From Octopus sinensis (lineage: Eukaryota), in the NCBI RefSeq assembly GCF_006345805.1, contig NC_043005.1:43152001-43216000 (forward strand): a stretch of 64,000 bases of DNA. Direction: 5' to 3'. Below the pieces are notes generated by a model. The model ran no database searches and was not told where the DNA came from. It saw nothing but the letters and a program-made list of their open reading frames with translations. Positions within the stretch are counted from its first letter, which is position 1. Each line of letters starts with the position of its first letter. A program made the translations under genes and the position numbers. This document shows, one piece after another, positions 25,754-36,912 of the stretch.

Positions 25754-25981
25754 TTAACCCTTTAGCATTCGGATTACTCTGTAAAATGTAAAGCCTGTTT
25801 AATCACATTGTTTAAAATTAATTGTAAAGCATCTTGTAACTCTGAGATTTTGATGATGTCCCTGTTTATTTTTAAAATGACTTTGTAGGGTAGGTGTGAG
25901 AGGTCAGAGCTGGCTGGTTTGAGCATAAAACAGGAAGACAATTTTGGCCTGATATGGCTGGTTTAAACACTAAAGGGTTAA
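25754..25981. mobile_element. TTAA-flanked MITE family 1
   Basis: TTAA|CCCTTTAG...CTAAAGGG|TTAA. Confidence 0.85.
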
Positions 25982-26241
25982 ACAAGATGCATTTGAGCTT
26001 GTTTCATCTTAGTGTCATCTTTATCATTGTAAATGTCGAGTAAAATCACATTGTACTGCCAAATCTACCCTTCATGGATTGCAGGCTGCATGATCATAAA
26101 GTAGGCTAAAACCTAACGGTAAGCACCCCCCAGCTTCGGGACTTAGCTATATCCAATTTAGGTGTATTTAATTTCAAGTTTAGAATCAATTAATGTTTAG
26201 CTCTTTATTCATTAGGGTTCTGTAATTAACATTAATTAGAT

Positions 26242-26580
26242 CAGGTGTTCTCAACCATTTTTTATCTATGGACCCCCTTTAATTACTATTTCATTTTGGT
26301 GCCCATAGCCATTCGATGTTAAAAAAACTAGTTTTATAGACACTTCTTGCAAAATTCCTATTTCGTTTTTCAAACATTAACTTGTGCAGGTTGAATGCTA
26401 GAGAAAGACACCTAGCTGTTTCTTACAATAAATGCCAATACATACAACCAAAGCAAAATTTTTTACGGACCTTTGAAATACTATTGTGGATTCTCCAATT
26501 TAGTATTTTGTTACATGGACCCCACCAAAATCTTATATGGACTCTCAGGGGGCCGTATGGATCCCAATTGCGAACCACTA
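26242..26580 (+). mobile_element. hAT-type MITE
   Basis: CAGGTGTTCTCAACC...TTGCGAACCACTA termini; GGACCCC motifs. Confidence 0.75.
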
Positions 26581-28540
26581 GATTTGAGAAATGATGAAAA
26601 CTGAATATTACTTGTAACAGTTTGCTCTTATTGCCAAGTAGAAATCTGTACGTAGGAAGTTTCGGGTTGATTCTACCTGAGCTTTCTTAGGTTTCTGCTA
26701 TTGACTCTACCCGCTAGTTTTAATGCCCTATGCCTGCTGTCTTAAAATTCATTAACGTAATGCTAAGTTTAACATAGTATATAGTACACCACAAAGGAGG
26801 CAATATCCTCGTGCACTTCCACCACTGTTGCACTCCATTACCTCATCAGATTTGATGAGAGGGAAGTAAGTTGCTAGCTGTATCTTTACCTATTTATTTT
26901 TATATCGCTCTCTGTCCTTTAAGTTGCAGAAATATTTATGAAATTTACATAAATCTAAACCAGAAAGCTGTTGATATTTATTTTTATTTTGAGGAATTTT
27001 TGTTGTTTTTTTTTTATCTTCAAGAAGACTGTTAGCAGAATGTTATGCAAGTCCCCAACAGTCCATTTAGTTTTATGAATTATTGCCATTGTTAAAAGAG
27101 ACACTTCCCTGGCCCTTTATCTGGTTTGTTAATCTAATCATTGACCTTATTCTGTGCCAGTCTTAAATCCCTTTGGTAATATTTATTTACTCCACTGAAA
27201 TAATGAAGCATTATCTCTAAAACTTAATGTCCGCACCCAACCTATCCAGACTTCCCCATCCTCACCATCACATTATGAAAATAAAGACACACCTACACAG
27301 ACACTCACGTGTACAAGCGCACACAAACACACACACATCCTCTCTTTAACTCTCTCACTTTCCCTCTGTGTTTCTTCTCTCTTCCTTGCATCCACAAATA
27401 AATAAATACATACCAACTCGTTAAACTCCCTTGCTCTCTCTTTTTTCATTTTGAAATAACTCTCTCAGCTTTAGTCCCTCTCTCCTTCTCACTTTTTCTC
27501 ACACTTTCAATAAGTCTTCCTCTCTCTTCGATTTTCTCTTCCATCTCTCTCTCTCTCTCTTGTGCACTCACACATTAACTTGCACATCAGAAATTTCAAT
27601 CAATACAGTTTATTATAGTGTGTTCAATTTCAAACAGTGGTGGCTGTCAGTTAGCTGAGGTTTGCTGCTAGTCTAACACACTTTCTCTGAGCACTAATTA
27701 AAGAGACATGGGAAAAGGCAAGTCTGCATTTTCAGCACAGAAACCGATACCTAGAATTCTCTTCTTTACCAAATAGAAACAGAAATACTGCACAGGAATT
27801 CTTTATATAGTAAATTTTGTTTGTTTTGATTTAAATATATTTTTTTTTCTGTTTTACTTTTAAATCTCACTCTGTTTTCATATTTTTAGAAAAAAAGTAT
27901 TCACTTAATCATATGTGTTTTCAACACACTTATTCTATCAGCTTTTTTATTATTTCTATATTTTTTTTTTTTTTTTTTTAGTCATTTTAACTTTTTGCTG
28001 TTTTACTGTCTTACCCAACAGTCATTTTCTTACCACATTAAAATGTTACCGAACAGCTTACCTACTTTTCCTTTTTTTGCGCAATGAATTTAATAACATT
28101 TTTTTCTTTCTTTCTTATGCTCATGTGGGTTTATCTGTGCTGCAAATTCAGATAGTTTTTCTGTGTTCCAAGATAAAGTATTTCGATGACCGACTATTTC
28201 TCCTATAGTAGATCTCATAGCGCATCAAATTAATACTGCTGGTTAATTATCTGCAGTTTATAGTCTGATTCTAATTTTTGGTACTGCACTGCCTTCATGG
28301 CTATCATATTTGATTATTGCAGGTTCAGTCCACTCTACCGTATATAGGAACCACGAGTATATTCTCCTTCTTGTTGTAAGGAACAAGGAACAGTGTATTG
28401 TAAGCATGTCTTGTCAGGTTGTAAAGTTGTCGTCTACATATGATCTTGGAGGAGAAGCGAATAGTTAGCGAGGTGTTCAGCTTTAGACCACAGCTCCACT
28501 CACCTTAACCCAGCAATGCAGACACAGTCACACTCTGACT

Positions 28541-28573
<33 letters not shown>

Positions 28574-29089
28574 ACCTCCATTTTACTTTCTTTTTCATAC
28601 ACACACTTCTCTCTTTCTCTCTCTCCTCTCTCTTCTTCTCTCAAATTAATATGTTTACACATTTTCTTATTGTCAAGTAAAGTGATTTTTCAGACTAATT
28701 CTGTCAAAGAAAGGAGTGCTCTGCCCAAAGCTTTGGTGAAATTCATGCTGTTTAACCTTAGGCTAGCTTGACTGAGCACACATAGGATCAAAAGCATTTT
28801 GGCAATGGCTATTACATTTTCTTTTTTTTTTTTTTTGTGGTAGTGGTGGCAGTGGTGGGGTGGGATGATTTATCATTATATCTCATCATACATTGTCTAA
28901 TGTATTCTAAGAGATCTTTTTTTTTTAAGGTGGTAAAGTGATATGGCTGCAATTTCTATCAGGTCAAATGACCGCATAGGGGCTCTTGCTGGCTTATTGT
29001 TAGTGAGGTTGATGTTGGGAACATGTGGACAAAGAGGGAATTCTAGATGTGAGTGATGACAGTGGGGAGATCAGGAAAAATGTTCAGTT

Positions 29090-29390
29090 CAGGGTGGGGG
29101 GGGTCTATAGGTATGGTGTGTGGTTTTGAGGGAATGGTTAAAAGAGGAGCATGGCCTGTAAGGGATGATATATAAGGTGTGGTTTTAAGGGGGCAAGGTC
29201 TTTAGGGGTGATGATAATGAAAGGTGGGTATACTGTGTGGTTTCTAGGGAATATTTGAGGGGGCGAGGGTCTGTATAGATGATGAAGGAAGGTGGGTATG
29301 ATGTGAGGGAGTGGTTAATATAGGGGTAGTGTCTTTAAAGGATAACAATAAAAGGTAGGTATTTTGTATGGTTTTCAGGGAGTGTTTTAT
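29090..29390. repeat. Degenerate G-rich minisatellite (~60-65-bp unit)
   Basis: Recurring AGGT(G/A)GGTAT...GTGTGGTTTT...GGG units, about five copies. Confidence 0.6.
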
Positions 29391-29454
29391 ATGTTTGCTG
29401 GTTCATAGAAGCAGAAATAATTATTGAGGTAGCAATAGAAGGGGATACTGTAGA

Positions 29455-30075
29455 TCATCATCCTTTAATGTCCGTTTTCCATGCTGGCATGGGTTGGACT
29501 GTTTGACCAGAGCAAGCATACAGGAGAGCTGCACCAGGTTCCAGTCTGATTTGACTTTGTTTTGATGGCTGCATGCCCTTCCTAATGCCAACCAACCACT
29601 TTACAGTGTGTGCTGGGTGCTTTTAATGTGACACCAAGTACTTTTATGTGGTGCTGGCATGAGTACCTTTTACGTGGTACCAGCACAGGGCTCTTGCAGA
29701 CTCTCTTTATTAGGAGAAGTGGCATTAACACTTCCATCATGGAGGATGAGTCTTCTTGAGTACGGCAGAGCCCCAGATATTTAGGTCCTTTGTCATCCCT
29801 ACTGTAAGGTTCAATCTCCTGAGGTCTTTCTTCAGTACTTCTGACTGTGTCTTCCTGGGTCTCCCTCTTTCACGAGTTCCATCCACTTTAAGAGATTGGC
29901 ACTTCTTTATGGAGCTGTCAGCATCCATCTGCATTACATGACCAAACCAGCGCAGTCTTCTCTCTTGTTCACTGCATTTAATTCCTCATTCTTCTCATGC
30001 CTAACTTTTCTCTCAGTACACTAGCACTCTGTTGCACTTGTAAATTTACACTGCACATCCAGTGGAGCATCAGTA
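29455..30075 (-). mobile_element. RTE-clade LINE 3' end (ORF2 C-terminus plus 3' UTR), disabled
   Basis: Translation KRRLRWFGHVMQMDADSSIKKCQSLKVDGTRERGRPRKT..LKKDLRRLNL matches the RTE RT C-terminal motif; (GAT)n tail at about 29455. Confidence 0.85.
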
Positions 30076-30504
30076 TGCAATATAATTATTGTATATATGT
30101 GTGTGGTGTTCTGCATGTTTATCTGCCAGTTGGATTGACATTATCTTGGATACTGTGTAGAATGCTTGTGAATGTAAATGGCCAGCCAAATAGAATCCAT
30201 CTATTAAGATTTTTTCTTGTTTTGTTTAATCCTTGAAACCAATGCAATGTAAGAAAAACAAAAACAAATAAGGAACAAAAGTACATTGAATTGATTCAAT
30301 TATCTACTCACCTCCCTAACAAATATTTTTACACCTCGCAAAAAGAAAAATACAGATCAATAGAGTTGAGCAAGCAAAATGGATTCCTTATTCTCCGGCT
30401 CACTTTATTTCTCTCTCTTTCTTCACCCATTTCTTCTCTATAATTCACTCTTATTCAGGCATAAAATGTGTTATTAAGTAATATCTAAAACGGCTGTTTG
30501 AAAT

Positions 30505-30554
30505 CTATTTATAGGGGCTACAATCTATTTATAGGGACCATAGTCTATTTACCT
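30505..30554 (-). promoter_or_regulatory. Tandem CTATAAATAG (TATA/MEF2 consensus) sites at 20-bp period
   Basis: CTATTTATAG at 30505-30514 and 30525-30534, partial third copy at 30545; function inferred. Confidence 0.4.
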
Positions 30555-32027
30555 TGTAGCTAGATTGACTGAAACTTAGAATAAACTTCTTTGTTTAAGA
30601 GTGAAATTCTGTTTTTTTTTTTTTTTTCCTTTTTCTTTTAATCTTGCTAAGACCCATATTAGTCTCTAATAAACCTACCACGATGTTTCTTCATCCTTCT
30701 TCAACGTCTGACAGATAAATAATAGTAGTTATATTCCAAATGAAAGAGAGAGAGAGAGTGAGAGAGATTGAGATTATGGGACGCTGTGCTGTTTATAGGT
30801 CTTAGCTGTCACACTTTTAGAGTTTGAAGCCTTTTTCTTTATGTCAATTCATAAATATATTTTCATATCTATTATTACAAGCCAGTTTATTATTGGAGCA
30901 TCAGTTAAACCATTTCACTTGTCCAATGAAATCACTGCAGGAGGGTTTTAAGCTTATTCATTCTAAGAGTTATTTAAGGTTGGTGTGAACAGTGTTGAGA
31001 GACAGAATTGGCAGGGTTTTCCTTACATATATAGATACACTTAGATCAGCTCCATTTATAATAATGACTAATTGATTTAATATAAACTGGAATTCAAATT
31101 TGTTAATATTATATTTCTGACAGTGATGTAGGTTAATTATTCTTTAACTTGCATTTAATTGCCGTTAGTCTTTTCAGGGTGATGGGTCTTCTTTTATTTG
31201 TGTCGTAATACAAAAAACAGATATTAATCATCTCAACTACTTTGTTCAGAATTTAGCAAATTTTCAGTTAACCTCCATTCGTCTGTATTATTCCAAGTTC
31301 TCTAACTTGGATATTGGCATTACCTGTCTCCTTAGCAGTTGGCCTTGGCAAGTCTTGCAGTATTTTTCTCATTGTTAGACATCTTCAAACTTAATATCTT
31401 TAATAAAAATTTAGTCCAAACTTATTTTTAAATCATTTGAAGTTGTTTTCACCATTAATATGATCTCAGAAGCTCTAACCATTCTGAAGTTGTCTTTGCA
31501 CTAAAACAATTCCTTTTCTTTCTTTCTTATTTATATAATTTTCTCTTTCATCTTAGCTTCTTTCACTCTTTTCTTCTCTGATTGTGCCTTCCAGACACTC
31601 TTCTAGTTTCTAACTGTTTGTTTACAGCTTCATTTTTTAAACCAATTATCTTTTAAACATTCTTTTATGTTTTTTTTTTTTACATTTTCAATGCATTCCT
31701 TCTTTTATAAATTTTACCATTATGTAGCATGTTCTTTGTAACTTTCCTGTGTAGTATAGTTTCATTTGTAGCATCAAGTTAATTTATTTTTATCAGTTTA
31801 TCTTAAAAACCTGACGTGGCTTTATGCCATTAACTTGCTGGACCAGTTCAGATTTTGCCACAAGACTTAAATTGTATCCTTCAACACATTATTCTGCTGC
31901 TTGCAGCAATCTAAGCAGTAATTGTCATTGTTGATTAACACCAGGTCAGCCCTGATTGAGCAGATCCGTGATCAAACACATTCCAATTATGACCATCCAG
32001 CATTCAAGGAAGTATCATCATAATCAT

Positions 32028-32390
32028 CATTATTTAACAGCTGCTTTCCATGCTGGCATGGGTTAGATGGTTTGACTGAAACTGTTAAGCTAGAGAGCTG
32101 CACCAGGTTCCAATCTGATTTGCCATGGTTTCTACGGCTGGATACCCTTCATAATGCCAACCACTCCAAGAGTGCAATGGGTGCTAATTACATGCCACCA
32201 ACACAGGTGCCAACTGCGTGACATTGGCATCAGCATGACTATGATTTCACTTGGCTTGATGGGTCTTCTCAAAGACAGCATATCTCCGAAAGTCTTGATC
32301 ACTTATCATTGCGTCCGTGAGGCTCAATGTTCGAAGGGTGCTTAAGTGCTACCGACATGAGTGCCAACTGGCACCAGTGCTGGTGGCATG
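32028..32390 (-). mobile_element. RTE-type 3' end fragment
   Basis: CCATGCTGGCATGGGTTAGATGG tail; minus translation LRTLSLTDAMISDQDFRRYAVFEKT resembles the 29.7-kb RTE C-terminus. Confidence 0.75.
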
Positions 32391-32571
32391 TTGAGAACAG
32401 AAGTATATGTCTTTGAATAGATTAACTAATGTATTTGTTCTTTTAAAACTGCTGGGTATGACTTAAGGAAGATTTAACTTCTGTATCTAAAAGATCAGGC
32501 AACCAAGTAGAGAATTATTTCTTAGATTGTGTAAAAAAAAGATATATTATACATCAGCATATTTTTCAGAT

Positions 32572-32765
32572 TTCCAGATTCATTAGCATAACGGGCAAAA
32601 TGCTTGGCAGCATTTTGTCTGTCTTGACATTCTGAGTTCAAATGCCACTGAGGTTGACCTCGCCTTTCATTCTTTCAGGATCAGTAAAAATAAATACACG
32701 CTGATCAGTGGGATTGATGTAATTGACTTAACCCCTCTCCTGAAATTGCTGGCCTTGTGCCAAAA
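32572..32765 (+). mobile_element. SINE family C
   Basis: Head, core and tail motifs. Confidence 0.75.
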
Positions 32766-32864
32766 ATAGTTAACAGGCAAGACTTCATTAGTAAAATAAT
32801 CTGCAGTATGACTTCATGTTTAGAAAAGAACACACCAGTTAAGCCATTATGGCTATGTAGTGTG

Positions 32865-33190
32865 TAAAAGTGTGGCTTAGCAGTTAGGGATATTCCATTC
32901 ATAACCCGTAAGTTTGTGAGTTCAATTCCTGGTGACATGTTGTGTCCTTGAGCAAGACAGTTTATTTCTTGTTGCTCTAGTCCACTCAGCTGGCAAAAAT
33001 AAGTTGTACCCGTATTTCAAAGGGGCTAACCATGTCACTTTCTGTGTTATGCTGAATCTCCCTGAGAACTTATATTAAGAGTGCATGTGTCTGTGGAGTT
33101 TTCAGTCACTCTCGGATTAATTCCGTGAGCAGGCTGTTCCGTTGATTGGATCAACTGGAACATTTTGTTGTCGTAACTGACAGAGCGCCA
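32865..33190 (+). mobile_element. tRNA-derived SINE family D
   Basis: GTGGCTTAGCAGTTAG A-box-like, GAGTTCAATTCC B-box-like and GTGTCCTTGAGCAAGACA central domain; head and central domain shared with 40870-41200. Confidence 0.7.
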
Positions 33191-35476
33191 ATTTATTGTA
33201 AAAGCAGGGAAATGACATTCTGTCACTGGAAATAAGCATCTAACGCTATATCAATAACTGCAATAACTGGATGTTTGCAAAACACCAAGTTCACCATTAG
33301 ACCTAACTTATAAATAGGAAATAGACATTTTTAAAGCATTTCCATTTAAGTTTGCTATTATCCCAAACAATCAATAAGGGGGATCTTACTGATAGATGCA
33401 TGATAGGTTTCAATTGATTTTTATGATTGATTCTTGTTTTACGGGTTATGAGTTCAAAACCTATTGTGGTTTCCTTTTTATGTTTTTTTGCTAAATCCCC
33501 CCGTTACATTTTCTTTTAGTATTTTGGAAAATAGGTTGCACTTCTATTGTGCTTATTACACTCAGTCAACATCAATTTGAAATACGGGAATTTATTTAAC
33601 AGTTTCTTTTACTGAACTCGACCTTCGTGTAATATTTCAGCATCTTGCCAATCTAATGTAAAGTTCTTGTACTGTTAAATGGTACTGAACCTGTCACCTT
33701 ATCTAAGAAAGATATCAATATATTCTTTAAATATTCTTATGTTTTAATTTCCCTACTGCTTTTTTTTGTTTGTTTGTTTCCTTTTTTTGTTGTTATAAAA
33801 TGGTTAAAATTAATGGGAGACATCAAAATTAGAACATTTTGTCATGGTGAGAAGCCAGAGAATATGGCTCATTCTAATGAAATTCTTCGGTTTCTTAATT
33901 ACTTTTAGATACAAATGTTTTCTTTAGAGAGAGAGAGAGAAAAAAAGGAAGCTTAAGAATTTTTGTTAACTCTTTTGTTAGTTCTGGTATGTAGAACACT
34001 TTTTATTTGAGTATAGCTTTTTTTTTTGTTTCATTGCAAATTAATTTGTTGCACAGGGCAAAAACCTATATATAAAAAAAGAGTACTTTATCAGCTCAAG
34101 ACAGAGATCAAAACTACAGTAATTTAACTATTTTCATTTTTTGTTATTTTTTTTTCTCCTTTTTTTTTTTTTTTGTAAAGAATAGGAGACTATTAATTTG
34201 TTACCTTTAAGACAAAGAAATTGTTGTGGAGAAAATCCAGCCAAATTATTTTACATGTAATGTTCTTGGAGAAAAAATTAGGGAATTGGATAAAAGAGAA
34301 TCAATGTCTACTACATCTTTTTTCTGTTATTGGGTAATTAATGTTTTACGATTTTGTTGCTATGGTTAAAAAAAAAGAAAGTAAAAATAACAAATCGGTG
34401 GGGGGAAAAAAATGACATTGCTTTGAAAGACTCATAGAACTTTTCCAAGAATGAGTTGTTTCATGTGTAAGTGTTAGACAGACCTTTGTCGTTGGAATAG
34501 TGAAAATTCCAAAATGTCTCTATAAATCAGACTTGATATCAATCAGGTCATTGCTATGAGTTTTCCATTCCTCAGTAGTCATTTTATTTTGTTTTATCAG
34601 GTAATAATGATAAAAAAAAAAACAGTCTGGCAGTTTGGTGTGTAATCACTTTTTAAAAAAAATTTTTATTTTATTATGTATGTATTTTTTTTTTTAAATA
34701 ATAAAAACCTGTTGCTTCTCCAAAGTAAGGTATAATGGCTTTCCAGTGAACTGTATCAATTTTCTTAGAAGTATCCATATCAACATTTATGTAGGACATA
34801 TTTCAGTTGTCCATCGAACAAACGATGAGATGATTATAGGTGAATTAGATGGAGTTGGTCAGACAACATATTTAAAATAAAATGGCTGTGCAAGGATAAG
34901 TACGCAGCTTTACGTTTAACAGAAACTGTCACTGCTAGAATGAAGTTATTTACTAAATTATGGTGACCAAACCTGAACAAAGTTTGAAAACTAAGGTTCA
35001 TTTAACATATGTATCGTGTATATATATATATATATATATATATATTAACAGATTACACACACACACACATTTCATGTGGTGCTCACAGAGAGCCAGGCTC
35101 TAATCAACAATGATCAGATATTTATGTTCATTCAAATCTGCCACAGTTTATTAAGAATGAATAGGTACGTTATTTTATTTATTTTATATATATATATAAG
35201 TTTATATACATATACATGTGTATGATATATATGCATACATGTACTTTGGATATATATTTAAATATGTATACAATATATAGGTAAAAGATATATGTTGTTA
35301 TAAAGCTAAGTTTAATGGCGAGTAAAAAGTGCAGGGTACTTTGTTTAAAAAGTCACCAGAGGAGATACAGTCTGTATGTATCTGTGATGCAAGACACTCA
35401 TACAGAATGAGTTGAAACAACTGTAATGGATTTGAATGATGAATCTCGGGAATTTCATATATATATATATATGATA

Positions 35477-35610
35477 CCCATAAAACTGCTGTTTGGGTGT
35501 GCATTCATCTGCCATTCGAACAATATGGCCACACCATCTCATTTGGTTTTTCAGAATCATTCATTTAATTGAAGTGATGCCTGCAGATGCAAAGACATCT
35601 GTGTTTAGAG
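35477..35610 (-). mobile_element. Inverted internal segment of an RTE LINE
   Basis: Minus translation NTDVFASAGITSIK*MILKNQMRWCGHIVRMADECTPKQQFYG. Confidence 0.85.
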
Positions 35611-35619
35611 TAAAAATAA

Positions 35620-36300
35620 GAAAAACAAGATGGTCTGGTCATATTGTTTGAATGACAGATGAATGCACACCCAAACAGCTGTTTTATGTTGAAATGCAAT
35701 CAGTGTAAACCTGAAAAAACCCCCCAAAAAACAAAGAGGTTTGAGGACAGCATAAGGACTACCATGAAGTCACTTGGAATGGATCCAAAGGCCATAGAAA
35801 CCCCTACTTTGGATTGAGCTGGATGGCAAACAAAAGTATGGAGTGGAGTGAAGGCATTTGAGGAGGCCAGGATAACACATGCAAGACTTGAGAGATTTGA
35901 AGAAGAATGTTGTGACTGAGAAGGGGAATCTCAGTAATGTTTTTGTGTGCACAATTTGTGACAGACCATGCCTTTCTTTTGCTGGACTCAATTCTCATTT
36001 GAGGACCCATGAAAAACGAACCTCTACTAACTATTCTGCCTATATATCTCTGTACACCTTTCAGTGCTGTGTATGCTATAAGGTCTGCAAATCTAGTGGA
36101 GGCCTCAAAAGACATTCTAAGATCCACAAAGGTCAGAACTTAACTGCAGCGTTTGGGGGTCCAAATCAGATATGCAATCTATGTGGGTGTCTTTTCAATA
36201 CATTCTCTGGTTTAAAAAGTCACATCAGTCTCCATGAGGAATCTAAGGTGTAGGTACAAGAGATGGCCAGACTCTGCATAAGGAGTAGGCAACCACCATA
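35620..36300 (+). mobile_element. RTE (BovB-like) LINE 3' end with disabled RT C-terminus and three C-terminal C2H2 fingers
   Basis: RWSGHIV*MTDECTPKQLFYVE...KRFEDSIRTTMKSLGMDPKAIE...LD*AGWQTKVWSGVKAFEEAR. Confidence 0.85.
35879..36253 (+). CDS. Intact 124-aa ORF encoding three C2H2 zinc fingers (RTE-derived; expression unproven)
   Basis: C-x2-C-x12-H-x3-H at aa 24-44, 63-83 and 99-119; all 12 zinc ligands present; no internal stop. Confidence 0.5.
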   Translation: MQDLRDLKKNVVTEKGNLSNVFVCTICDRPCLSFAGLNSHLRTHEKRTSTNYSAYISLYTFQCCVCYKVCKSSGGLKRHSKIHKGQNLTAAFGGPNQICNLCGCLFNTFSGLKSHISLHEESKV

Positions 36301-36659
36301 TATGATATGCATTTATACATATGAAATGTGTGTGTGTGTGTGTATTTACTAAGAAACCTATAAGAGTAAATCAAAGCTTAGATTCTCAAACTGAGTGAGA
36401 CCTGCTTATATAGTTTATGAAATGGCAGATTTTAAAATGTTTTTATGATCATGATTAGTCATGTGGAAATATGGGTGTATGTATGTATGTATACTGATAT
36501 GTACTTAACTTGTACAAATGTACATGCACAGCATCATATGAATGCATACATTTAAGTAAATAAAAATATGTATATACTTTTAGATATGTAAATATAACTA
36601 TGTATATATATATATATGCATATATCTGTGCATAAGAGTTCTACACACAGTCAAGGGCA

Positions 36660-36912
36660 CATATCATCATCATCATCGTTTAACTCTGTTTTCCATGCTG
36701 GCATAGGTTGGATGGTTCAACTGGTGTCTGGGAAGCCAGGAGGCTGCATCAGGCTCCAGTCTAATCTGACAGTGTTTCTACAGCTGGATGGCCTTCCTAA
36801 TGTCAACCACTCTGAGAGTGTAGTGTAATGGGTGCTTTTATTTACGTGCCACTGGCACAGGGGCCAGAGGGAGCTGGCATTGACCATGATCAGATGGGGC
36901 TTTTTATGTGCC
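36660..36912 (-). mobile_element. RTE-tail non-autonomous element
   Basis: (CAT)n tail, CCATGCTGGCATAGGTTGGATGG and CAGCTGGATGGCCTTCCTAATG motifs. Confidence 0.8.

Noticed and set aside
34581-34606. Possible recursive splice site TTTTATCAG|GTAATA (also TTTCAG|GTATGT at about 17224)
   Set aside because: The donor or tract is weak, and there is no evidence of a plus-strand host transcript
34212-34880. Frame-compatible three-exon chain (34212-34333, 34430-34466, 34807-34880) ending VHRTNDEMIIGELDGVGQTTYLK*
   Set aside because: Two acceptors are weak AAG sites, one without a pyrimidine tract, and the peptide resembles nothing I recognise; needs RNA-seq
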